DNA of 64,000 bases from assembly GCA_002633005.1 (NCBI GenBank), contig NMRA01000210.1, positions 372,001 through 436,000 on the forward strand, written 5' to 3'. Within the stretch, counting starts at the first letter, position 1, and every line of letters starts with the position of its first letter. The notes under the pieces are model-generated. The model had not been told where the DNA came from. It saw only the letters and a program-made list of their open reading frames with translations, and ran no database searches. Made by a program: the position numbers and the translations under genes. Shown in pieces: positions 11,692 to 23,226 of the stretch. The stretch comes from Phoronis australis. Its lineage: Eukaryota > Animalia > Phoronida.

Positions 11692-12080
11692 ATCAAAAGA
11701 ACACCCAATTACTTTATGCGGCCACAGATCTGTGTGGGCGCATTGTGCCGTAATCCCCCTCAGTCCGTCAGTATGTACGTTCGTATGGCGTCCGCTGTTG
11801 TATCTCTAAAACCGATTGAGCAGATTACCTCTGTATCTTTTGGAGTTATTTGGCGGATTTTCATTTTCCTACCTCCAGTACAAAATAGATTTTTATCAGA
11901 GACCGTCCTGTTTCAAGCTTAAAAGCTTGTCATCGCTCTGGACTCTTTAATTTTGATCGGATTTTTATCAAATTTAGTTCGTACGTGTATATTACCAATA
12001 CCCGTAACCCTTTTGAAATTCCGTATATTCTGGATAAACTTTTCTGAGCCCTTTGTTTGTTTTTGTGCGTTGTAAATGTA
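11692..12080 (+). mobile_element. 5' part of a HINE-like element just after the SLC6 stop codon
   Basis: tttATGCGGCCACAGATCTGTGTGGGCGCAT hairpin followed by a degenerate microsatellite; 3' limit approximate. Confidence 0.5.
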
Positions 12081-15000
12081 GACATCATTCATGCCGGACC
12101 AGTGCCTAGTTGTTTCTCTGGTGTGTAATGCCCCTTTCTTGGTTGGGGTTGGTTCAGTGACATCTGCTGGCTGCTGTGGATGCACCCGGGGTGCTGAGAC
12201 CGGGGCTGCGCCCTGTAGACACAAGAATTTTCCAAGTAAACCTTGCAATGCATGGCAATATTTCACGAAGTTTTGCGTCGTCTTGCGTTTTTGCGAGGTT
12301 TTGGAATCTGCGGATCGCAGCCCAGTTCACATTATACATACTGGACACTTTAACCCCAAACCTGACTTGAATGAAACGCACGTTTTCCTTGCCACATTAG
12401 TATGGCATCTACCGGCTCAGCCATACATGTACATCCTATCAGAGAAAGGGGTTTTAATCAACATTTTAAGCAGTGTGCTCGTATCGCTGCTCCTTCAAGC
12501 TAGCTGGAGATAAGAAATAAATGATGTCACACGTATATATCTCGGTACATGTTGGTTTCCTCTTGCGAACTATAACTTTCCAAGTCAGCAAATTTTCTGG
12601 GTGATATTTCGACTCTCGGCCATTTATATTTCACCTAAGGAGTCCTCATTAACGGGCAGAGAGCTGTGAGTTTAGGACGGCAGCCCGGTGCACTCTACGT
12701 AGATGAACGAGGTACCAACAGCTGATCAAAGGTGCACTTTCAACCCAGTAAGTCTGGTAGTGTGAGTCTCAAGGAGTATATCCAAGCACAATAAATATGG
12801 CCACAAGTAACAAGATCAACTAGTGAACCAAAACTCACTTGTTGTGGTTGGATATACTCCTTGACGATGGTCAATTGAATTTCTTCGAAACTTCCGACAT
12901 GTATATATGTAAATACACAATGCTGACAACAATTGTGCTGAGTTTTCTATGACTAGTTTGGCGCTAAACCAACATTGTCAATAAATTGAACTCGGTTAGA
13001 TATTCAAGGTACCGGCCAAAATAGCTTCAAAGTCATTATTCGTGCCACATTGAGCATTGAAAAATTGTACATCGTAGAGGTTCCGCCAGAACTCCAAAGA
13101 GGACTCCCCAAAACTGAGCTAGCTTTAACATTCGAGGTACCACAAAAACTAATTCCATCTGGTTCAGAACATGCCATTGATCACTAAATGGCTTATGGCA
13201 GACGAAATACTCTGGCTCGGTCCGCCAAAAGCCTCTAAACATTTCAGCCACAGAATATTGTTGAGATTTTGAGCCGGGTTAGATCTGAGACCCATCAAAA
13301 GGGTCGCACTATCGTCTCCAGATTTACAACGCAGTGTTGTTTACAGGCATTGCTTAAATGGTTTCAGACTGTATCCAATGATGTTTAGATTTAATATGGA
13401 CATTAGCTTGATTTCTTTCGTCCACGTTTTAGGGTCACTGAAACCAAAGAAAGGCTTGTTTGTAATGTGTAGTGCAGAATTAAATTCGTATTGCTTAATG
13501 GTTTATTGCTTGAATAATAAGTGGTTGATTACAGTTTTAAAACTTACTTTTATGACATGGTGTTTCTTAGTCAGCTCAGGTACGTGGAAACCCTTGCACC
13601 AGTACGTGATATCTTTTGCAGGCACCGACACCTGTTGGAGAGATTAGATATTCGAACACTGTAACGTGAACGTGTTTATTGCCTACATCTGCAACGGCCT
13701 CGTTCACAAGCCATCTTGAGGCTTGGGGACGAGGCTGCGGTAGAAATTGATGTTTTGTAATGAACAGTTGAGCCACTCTGACAGAATTACCCACGACAGA
13801 AAATTGCATTCTTGACTGGTCCCAACGGAAATCCAACAAGGATCTCCCTCAACATTGAGCTAATTCAAACATCATACCACAAAGACAATTCCATGCGATT
13901 CATTTTGGGTTGTGCCTGGCCCGCCAGAAAACCAAATCATCCAAGGAAGGCTGTTGAAACTAAATTCATGAGCCAGATTAGATATTCTAGGTACCGTCCA
14001 ATACTGGTTTAAAGTGAACAATCTTGCCACACTGGACATTGAATGACCAATGACCAATTGAAGACAAATTGCATTTTGTAAAGTTCCCCTTCAGAAACTA
14101 AAAGAAGACTCCCAAAATTTTTAACTACTCAAGCATTCGGGGTACCACAAAGAACAATTTCTTATGACTCAGTACATGGCACTGATCACTAAATGGGCTA
14201 TGATAGGCAAAATACACTCTGTTAGTGGGTAGTTCTCACCAGGAACTCACAAACATCTCACCCACGGAATGCTGTTGTCGTTTTGAGCTAGATTAGATAC
14301 TGGTCGAAATGGATCTAAAATAAACGTTTCTGTTATACAGATCATCGACAGAAAATTCGCACCCTGGAAAGTGTCCGCCAGACACCCAAATCCCCCAAAT
14401 CTGAACTAGTTTAACCATTCATGGTACCAGAAGAAACCACTTGTAAATGAATCAGTTCGTCACACTGTTCAGTTAGAGGTAAGCCAGAAGAAAACGAGCC
14501 ATAATTTATCAAAATGAATAAGAAATAATAAAAACTACTTTTGTTACAAAACACGAACAGACACGTTAAAATCGTTGTGTCGATGATGACAGCTGCCGCA
14601 CACAAGTTTGTTATCAGTGGTACTTCCAGATCTTGCATTCTACTCCAGCTTGGTTCTAATTCAATTGCCTCGTTTAATACGCAGCCATCTCTCGATCGTT
14701 TTGATTATCTTTGAAAGCACCAGGGTGTCAGTTTCATGACACTAGAAATATATCAGAGAAATTTTGTCTAGAACTCCAATAAAGTATTTCATAAACGTGA
14801 AGGATTCATGTCTCGACAGTAGTAGTACAAGATCTCTGAAAAATGCCCATAATTTGTAGACGCCTAGATAGTTTGCATTGTTTAAATCGCCATGTGTTAA
14901 CTAGCAACTGGTTACAAGATGTGTGTGGGAGCGTAGGTCAAAAATGTCCTATGTCTTTAGTCACTTACCATGAAACAGAGCCCAGGGCTTTCAACTGACA

Positions 15001-15485
15001 TCTAGTACGGGAGCTTAACAGGCATGGGGCTTACACCCGTAGTTGAGGGTATTTAAAATTATAAGTCAACGGAAGTTTTCTTTAGGGGCAGCTGAAATTT
15101 GTTTAGATTCTGGGTGCTGAAGTCGACGAGGTGGAACGGGTATGCAAGTCGTTGGGTCGATTGTGATGAAATAGGTGCCAAAATGCTTGAATCCTTCGTA
15201 CACTTAATTCCAGTGTTAGAGCTGCCTTCACCTGGATTTTTAAGCCCATAACCAGCAAAGCTAAACTGAGTGCCACCTAAGGTCGCGAGCTTAATCGCGA
15301 AACACTAGCCTTCGCTGGATACATGTTGTGACACTTGGCAGTCCCAGCGATTTTAGTGGGGACAGTGAAGAGAAATAATAGATTCAATTATGCAGGGACA
15401 ATCTTTTGAAACCACTGACTGAAACCTCGGGTTGCATTACATGGGATTTGTAGGTGGCGCTAAACGCCTGTCCACCAAAGACCAG

Positions 15486-16913
15486 TGCCCGGTTGCATGA
15501 AACAGTCCCATACAGGGACTCGGCTAAGTTCGCTAAATCTTTTTTCGTATTTGTTTCGTTCTTTAAGCACAGATGTAATATTTTTCTATTATTTTTTCTT
15601 CATTATAAGCTCTTCTTTTACTAATGGTATTTTCTAAAAATATAACTGAAAACTGAGCCGTCAATTCAGTCAAAACAATTAGAGACTTAGTCCTTAAATT
15701 AATAACGTTGCATGAAGAGATCCCTATTTATTTTCAATAATATGGAGAATTCAGTGTAGAGTTCAATTTCTATTTGTATCAAAGCCAAAAAGTGACTTAA
15801 TAATACATAGGCGGATTTAAAGGGGGGGCAGGGGGACCGCCCCCCCCCCTTGGCTGCCGCAAAAAATAAAACAGCAAGAGGGTAAGGAAATGTTGAGTTT
15901 ATTAATTAACCCAGGTAATTAAAATTATACGGCGGAAACAAGATTTAAATGTGTGCAGTTTTAGTGTGTTTAGGGCTGGGCTCAGATCCAGTTTCAAGCG
16001 TCAAATTCGGAACATGGCTCAATCGCAACGAAACTATGGCTAAGTATAGGCTCTCCCGCGATATCCCAGGCGACCGGTAGTGGCGCTGCGCACTACGACT
16101 CCGTTTCCGTCGTCTGCTTCACTGTGCATTGAAGAAAATTACTTCATTTTTTTAAAGAAAGTGGAATCTGAGTGACGATGAAAAAACAGAAGGTGCTGGT
16201 AATTTTAATCGAAGCCTTAGTGAATTACTCAGAAACTCATAATTCTCTCTTTGTCAAACCTTAACTTAAGACGATTTCCAAAGCAATCGCGTCATTAATG
16301 CCAACAAAAAAACGGATTTGGTCTTTTGGGCAATTGAAGACTATTTTAAATACAACACTGATTGCACAAAATATAAAAAGTGTAATAAGCATTACAAAAA
16401 GAAGTAGGTTTCGCGCGCAAACGCTGTGGACCATAAACAAGTAGGTCTCTTATTATGGAATTACGGGTGAAGTCGTGGTGGTGCAGTGGTAAAGCACCCG
16501 CGCTTTATCAGCCAGGTCGGGATTTCGAGTCTGTGATGAATGCAGTTTTTCATGTTTGACACATTCTCCGTGTTTTTTTTTTTTTTTTTTTTTTTTAATT
16601 TTCTTTTTCTTTGCATTTTTGGATAATACTTCAGGAATCAAGGAAAATGCTCGATTTTTAGAGGAAAAAACAGAAAAATTATCCTGGGCGGGACCTCCCA
16701 CCATTCGGTGCTATGCGCATCTAATCGTGCTTTGCACAAATGTTTTAAGACAAAATGTTGCCCCCCCCCTTATGATATCCTAGATCCGCCACTGTAATAA
16801 AACTCAAACGGCATCAGACAAGAAAATCAGTGTTTTCACAGGCCCACAAATACGACGTAGCTTTAGGGAACTTTGTTGAGTCCCTATTTGGGACTGTTTC
16901 AAGCAACCAGGCA
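15486..16913. mobile_element. Harbinger-like MITE hosting a nested insertion
   Basis: TIR TGCC[C/T]GGTTGC[A/T]TGAAACAGTCCC at both ends; CAG/CTG (CWG) flanks. Confidence 0.65.
15806..16794. mobile_element. hAT-like non-autonomous element with 5-bp TSD, nested in the Harbinger-like MITE
   Basis: TAATA|CATAGGCGGATTTA...TAGATCCGCCACTG|TAATA; an end of the same family recurs inverted at 57933-58031. Confidence 0.7.
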
Positions 16914-17503
16914 CTGATCGCAGTCTGGCGTGATAGTGAATTTCAATATGGCACGGCTATTTCGAAATTCAGCTATCGACTCACACGGACTCAAGTCTAT
17001 GGGCCAATTTGAAGGACTTGGGTCATGATAGTTTTTTTGTCCTTTTTCGCTTCCAATTTTAATGGGTGCGTTGGCCAGTGTTAAGAAATGTCAGGACGCC
17101 AGTGAAATCATATTTGCGCCAAAGGCGCGGGGCCCTCTCCTAAAATTATCCCTGATTATGTCATGCACAAAATGGCTTCACTTTACCCATACAGATAGGC
17201 CTACCTCATTATACGGAACGTGAGTGTTCGCGTACTGCGAGTTTAAACTTTCGTGTCACGATTGTGGCTTCAAGTTTGTCATGCTCAGCACAAGGACATG
17301 CTCCTATGGTTCTGACGGATTTCCCCAAGGACGATTCAGGCTAGTATTCAATTCCTTTATTTTATCTCATTGATTCATGACATTTACCTGACATGAGAAA
17401 TTAATGACACTCCACACGCCAGTCTACGTGTCCTTATTGACTTGCGGCTCAGATGTCCCTTTGCCAGTTTATAAGAATAACGCGAGATTATGTGATACTT
17501 TAC

Positions 17504-18736
17504 TGTGACGTCACCGGAAGTGGGGCAAAAGCTTGTCGTTTGGCCATTTGCCCGATACGGTAGCAGAGTGTATTCTGTTGTTTACTTCGAGTTTTTAATC
17601 TTTTAAAGTGTGAAAAATGCCAAACAAGCATTGCTGTTATGGCAAATGAAATTGAGATTCGCACTACAATACGTTCACATAGCGTTCTGTACTAATTTCG
17701 TCCCGTAGGCGAAATCCGCTCACTGATTAAGTTTTCACCTCGTCAAAAATACATTTTACACCTAAAATTATCACCTAAAACGACGCTTATTTTCTTCAGT
17801 GATCCTTTCTGCTTCTAAACATATCTTTGATGAAGCATAGCTACGGGAATTCAGGTGACAGCGAAGAATTCCAACACCACATTTTGATTACAGTTAACTT
17901 TGACCGCACGCGCGATAACCACAAACGGCAAAGGCTAGCACGAGACTGAGCGAAGCGCGTGACCTGGCACGTGACACTTGCACAATAGCATGGGAAAATA
18001 TCAAATGAAATCAGTTTGTGTCCCTTGGACTTTTTGTTCGTCAACAGGCGTGATTTGACGTAACTTCCTCAAAATGGCGCCCGGTCAGAGAAACTTGAGC
18101 GAACCGTGAGGTTTTCATGGATATGTTCAAGTTATTTTTTTGTAGACTAAATTGTATCCAGAGTCAGGGTATGTGCTAATTATAAATCCATGTGCACATA
18201 TGCATGCTTCAATTGATTTTATTTGCTGTATTTTGAAATGAGTAACTTTTTGTGGGGATATACTATCGCCCTTGTATGCCTGCGGCATTCAGGCCTAGCC
18301 CGGGTCCTCGCTGGTTCCATGCGTGCTTAGCCCAGTCAGCACGCCTGCGCTTAATCACAGTCGCCAGCATGCTTGTGACGTCAGTGGACAAAAGGGGTTT
18401 TGGCCAACATTCACCATTTTGCGTGCTGGCGCGGCTACCGCCCCACCTAGCAGCACACAGGGAACCAGCCAGCGAGAGCCCGGGTCCAGTTCAAATTTCA
18501 GGCCGTTCACAGCTTCGCACAACATAACAAGTTCACATTTTCTTCGTCCATTCACAGTTATTTCACGATCCATATACCATCCTTTAAATCGTGTTAAGGT
18601 TTTTTAAAACCTTAACACGATTAAAAGCGTAAAATTCGCCATAAGAACTCCAGTAAGATTTCGCGTGTGTAGCAAAGACTCGGGGCAAAACAAGAAAAAT
18701 ATGGCAGGTTTTGCCCTCCTTTCGGTGACGTCACAT
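17504..18736. mobile_element. Decayed DNA-transposon remnant with THAP-like start
   Basis: Inverted TGTGACGTCACCG.AAG..GGGCAAAA blocks near 17504 and 18710-18736; MPNKHCCYGK* at ~17617. Confidence 0.4.
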
Positions 18737-19504
18737 TGACTAACTGGAAACTCGCAAGTGAGCTAATGTGTTATATGGCCCACTGTTATCGTGTCAACCT
18801 TACTATTCAATGTCTTCCACTTGACCAAGAGTGGCGAGGTGCGTGTGTTAACAAACTACAGTCTTATTACGAAAACATGTTGCAATGACCACGTGGTGTG
18901 GTGCATCGTCGGGAAGTAGTGATATATTGCTCACTTCCCTGTTTAAAAATAAGTCGTTTTTGCGACTGGTTGGAGTAAAAAAATCAATAAATGATATTAA
19001 AGATGTATTTGCATGCACCTAACTATGCTAATTTAAAGCAGGAACTAAACGACAATGCTATTTGAACATCATCTACGCTAAACAAAGTGCAGTTGTATTG
19101 ATTAACAACTTGTAAATGTGAAAACAAAAAGTTCTACAAATAGGTGACCTTTGCACTAATGACGTACCTTGGGGCCTCACAGACCAGATCATGCACCACG
19201 TCACGGTAGGGCTTACTGGATACGTTGACGTGGTTTACGGCGGATCATTTTCGACATAAAACTCGTTCTTAAAAACCTTTAGCAATTTTCAACCTACTTC
19301 ATATTCACATCGCCGCCATATGTTGTGTTTCTAACTGATTTGACCAAGAAATCATGTGCAATGTTAGTGCATGGGCCGAATAAGGAATTATTTTTCAGAT
19401 GGCTGTGATAACCCGGTTATGCTAATAATGGGTAAAAAGAATAATTACAATCCTGTACTTTCACAGGCAACATTGTTGTCTTTCATTGTTGGTACAAAAT
19501 TTAA

Positions 19505-20833
19505 AGGCGAAGGCAACCTTTTTTCATGTCATTTTTAGCAAAAATAAGGTTCGTTGATTATCCCAGACATATTTTTCACTTATTTACTGCTTTAGGTGAT
19601 TTAATTAATTACTTGTCGTCTACTCCGGAAGTGACGTTTTGGGAGGCAAGAATTTCGCGCCAATTTTTTTTTTCATATAGTCTGACTGTGAGAGCAGTCG
19701 AGTCAGTCATTGTTCTACCTCGGTTGTGATAAGTTCGGTCGTCGTTTGCTTTTGCTTACGAGTCAGTCAACATGCCACGCTGTTGCTGCCTACTGGGGTG
19801 TACTCATTATCGTCTCACGTACAGAGGAAGAACTGTCCCACTTGCCCGAGTGTCCCGCGACACACTCCTACTGGAGGGTGATCTGAGCACCCAAACTGCT
19901 TACATCCCGCCGTGTGACTCCCGCGCCACACACCTGGCACCTTCCAAATAGCTCCAATACAAGTCCACAATAAACTTATCAAACTTAGGCTCACCGATCT
20001 GTTCATTGGATGACGAACTGTCCTCTTCACTGGGTGTCGAACTGGGCCTGTATTCACTCCCACTACTCAACATCTTTGCAGAGCTGCTGACAGGCTCTGG
20101 GCTAGAGACAACAGCACAAGGCGAATCACTGCTAGTTCCCGGAATTGCACGCAATGGGGTACGTTCGGAGGCACGGGTAACAGTAGATGAAGTGCCTCCA
20201 GTCACTGTATATAGTGGCCACAGCTCGCGAGGCTTCTCGCTTCAAAAACGCACTTCTCGGGGTTGGCGACAGGGCACTGCCGGGAATCAACGGCGACGGT
20301 ATGGAGCCCTTCTTCAGGTGTTGTTTCGCAGGGACCTTCATCAATTCAGCGTACATATCTGTCATAATCTGACGGCAGAAAATGCTTGCCACACACTCGG
20401 TAACCCTCCATTGCTTTGTACGTTGCCTGGACGGGTAGTGCTGCGTTCTTCACGTGAACGAGCTAGCCAAGTACGGCGAAGTGTGTCATCCTTCGGAAAG
20501 CGACGCAAGGTACCCAAAGCGCGTGTGAGACGATAATGAGTACATCCCGGCACGCAGCAACAGCGTGGCATGTTGACTGACTTGTAAACAAAAGCAAACG
20601 ACGACCGAACTTATCACAAACGAGGTAAAACAATGACTGACTCGACAGCTCTCACAGTCAGACTACAATGAAAAGAAATTGGCGCGAAACTCTTGCCTCC
20701 CAAAACGTCACTTCCGGAGTAGAGGACGAGAAATTAAATTACGAAAAGCTGTAATTAAGTGAAAAAGGTGTCTGGGATAATTAACGAACCTAATTTTTGC
20801 CAAAAGTGACATGAAAAAAGGTTGCCGTCGCCT
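19505..20833. mobile_element. Kolobok derivative made of two left ends (head-to-head palindrome)
   Basis: TTAA flanks (19501-19504, 20834-20837); ~310-bp inverted arms, each containing the THAP ATG (19772 + and 20571 -); the interior is reverse-strand THAP/transposase sequence homologous to 7051-7650. Confidence 0.85.
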
Positions 20834-20858
20834 TTAAAGCCATGATTATAACCGGCTG

Positions 20859-21737
20859 CTAATCCATGGTCATTTCTATTGTCTCTTCCATGGGACCCAC
20901 GGCATTCTTTGACCGCATCAAGTCCGTTTTCGTCTGATTATTCAACTCCTCTGCATTGTTTACAAGGAATGTGTACAAATTGTTAAAGTTATTTCCAACC
21001 ACGGCTATGGGTATGGCTGTAAGGATCAACCCCGTTAAAGCGCATAGAGCTCCAACGAAGTAGCCAACGAATGTGGTAGGGAATTGGTCACCATAGCCGA
21101 CGGTGGTCATGGTAACAATTGCCCACCAACAGGCAACAGCCATGTTGTCAAAACTATCAGCGCCCCGATAATCAGCAATGTACATCAATGGTCCGAAAAA
21201 CAGCGTTCCGAAGCCCATCACAAAGCCCATGAGTAGCAACATTTTCCAGCTTTCAACAAGGGATAATACCAGAACACGGACAATTGGCAGTTGATAGGCA
21301 AAGCCAATCAACCGACACAATCTCAAAACCGTGACGGAACCGAATATTAGAATCAGTGGCATCAGCGAATTCAGTAGCTCCACGTCTGTAACTAAGTAAG
21401 CGAGAATATAACACGACGTGTGCATTAGGCAGCAGACTATATCTAAAATAGAGATAGCGCTTTTGAAAAAGACTTTCTTTTCGGGATATATCAAGAATCT
21501 GGCGATCAAGTCCAAGGTAAAGTACGAGAGACAAATGTAATCCAATACTTTCAACGTTGTATCAGTCTCCGACGTAATGAGCAAGACCTCTTTGTGGTTG
21601 CTCATATTTGAGATATGTTGTAGATCTTTCATATGCACGTGGTTGGCATCACCTGCATGGCGGAATTCAGCCATTGTATTCAGAATGGTCACAGCGATAC
21701 CAGTCAGCGACACCAGAAAGTATACAACGGCATAAGC
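20859..21737 (-). CDS. Voltage-gated K+ channel (Shaw/Kv3-like, atypical) paralogue A, exon 2 (S1-S6, stop); joins 27899-28441; ~473 aa
   Basis: ttccag|GCT TAT acceptor in frame with ORF 20859-21713; WWAIVTMTTVGYGD pore; six hydrophobic segments. Confidence 0.92.
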   Translation of the reverse strand, partial: AYAVVYFLVSLTGIAVTILNTMAEFRHAGDANHVHMKDLQHISNMSNHKEVLLITSETDTTLKVLDYICLSYFTLDLIARFLIYPEKKVFFKSAISILDIVCCLMHTSCYILAYLVTDVELLNSLMPLILIFGSVTVLRLCRLIGFAYQLPIVRVLVLSLVESWKMLLLMGFVMGFGTLFFGPLMYIADYRGADSFDNMAVACWWAIVTMTTVGYGDQFPTTFVGYFVGALCALTGLILTAIPIAVVGNNFNNLYTFLVNNAEELNNQTKTDLMRSKNAVGPMEETIEMTMD

Positions 21738-23226
21738 CTGGAATAACAGTCGACAGTGTTACAAAGACGAGAATATACTTAGGTGTTCTTTCAAAACGAA
21801 AATCAAGTACCGAATACACATTCATAATATTATAATAATTCAAAATCAGATATTCCGGTTCCTTGTCGAAACACTTCGAAATGCTTCGCAAACTTACTCT
21901 CGTGCACAGAACTTTTTCGATATCCAAGCTAGAATGTAAATAAACTCAGGACCCAGGGTCTCATGTTTTAATTGAATTCGAACTCGAATATATTTTTTGA
22001 CATTATCCGTTCCGCTTTAGATTAGCGTCTGTTACTTTATGATCGAGTGCATTATGGTAAACGTGGGTGAATGTCTAATCCTATCTTCCACTTGATGACT
22101 ACAGCAGTTCTAGAAGTTGAAGTCCGAACTCTAAATCTCGAGTTTGAACTCAACTTTAGCTTATAGGTCAAAAGTAGGGGTCATCAAGTGGGAACTTAGA
22201 CTAGACAGTCATCCGCATAAACCATAGTATAATACAGCGTAGTATAATAGACACTCATACTCCTATTAAAGGGATGTTATCGGTTTTACGACCGAAAAAT
22301 GCATTTCGGAGATTAATGTTGGGCGGGATAGACTTCTTGAAGTTATTAACTTTGACCAGAGCTATGAAACAACCAGCCAGTTGCGTTTTCGTGATTTTAT
22401 TATAAATTGCCAATTCTAGCTCATGTTTGCCAAACATCTACTGAAATCAAAGCCAGTGACTTTACCAACCTGCCACTTATTGAGTGGGATGTAACTCAGC
22501 CAGCGGATTAACGGTCTGTGACCCCAGGGGTTGCACATTTGATTCCGCGTTGAACCTGACCTCAAAAATATTAGTTTTCTTGTCTATGATGTAGAACAAT
22601 AAAATAACAAATGTAATTTGGAGTTCTACATAGAGTCAGGAGATTAGAACCAGGACCCTGATCAAGTGGTTAAAGACGTTCAATTTCGTGAAGAAACCAA
22701 GTAATTCCGTTCGTTTACAACAGTTGGTTGTAAGTCAATAGCTGATTTCATTCACAGTAATTTCCGAGGTATCAATGCACGGTCGAAGCTTTCAATAAAA
22801 TAGCTGAAAAGCTGGATCTCTAAAAGAACCCGGGACCCTGTGAGAGCAACATATAGCTATTCTGACTGGTATCCCAAAGTTCAAAGGTCAACGTGTCGAG
22901 TTCAGTTATTCTGAGAAGCTTCTTTTATCGCGTTGTAATCCAGTCGTAGTTATAGCAATAGCAGTAAGAGATTTATTAATACTGGACAAAACCTGTTCAT
23001 TGAATACAGCACTCATTTTCAACTGTACAGTGGGTATTGAAAAGAAATATGCGGTTACATGTGTAAATTTTAATAACTTGAATATGAAAAAATGAAAAAA
23101 AAACACGAGATACAACAAATAACAATACACCGCAGAAGACACCAGACCGCCTGTACTTTTTTGCATTGACACTATAAAACGCACTTGCACGCGGTCTTAA
23201 CATGTTGCAAAGTTTAATTTGAAGCT

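Noticed and set aside
12769-12864. 17-bp inverted repeat TCAAGGAGTATATCCAA as a P-element MITE
   Set aside because: No target-site duplication is visible and there is no second copy in the window, so it cannot be classified
12960-14500. Diverged repeated blocks (gagctag...ggtaccacaaa)
   Set aside because: Probably old transposon subterminal repeats, but boundaries and period could not be fixed by eye
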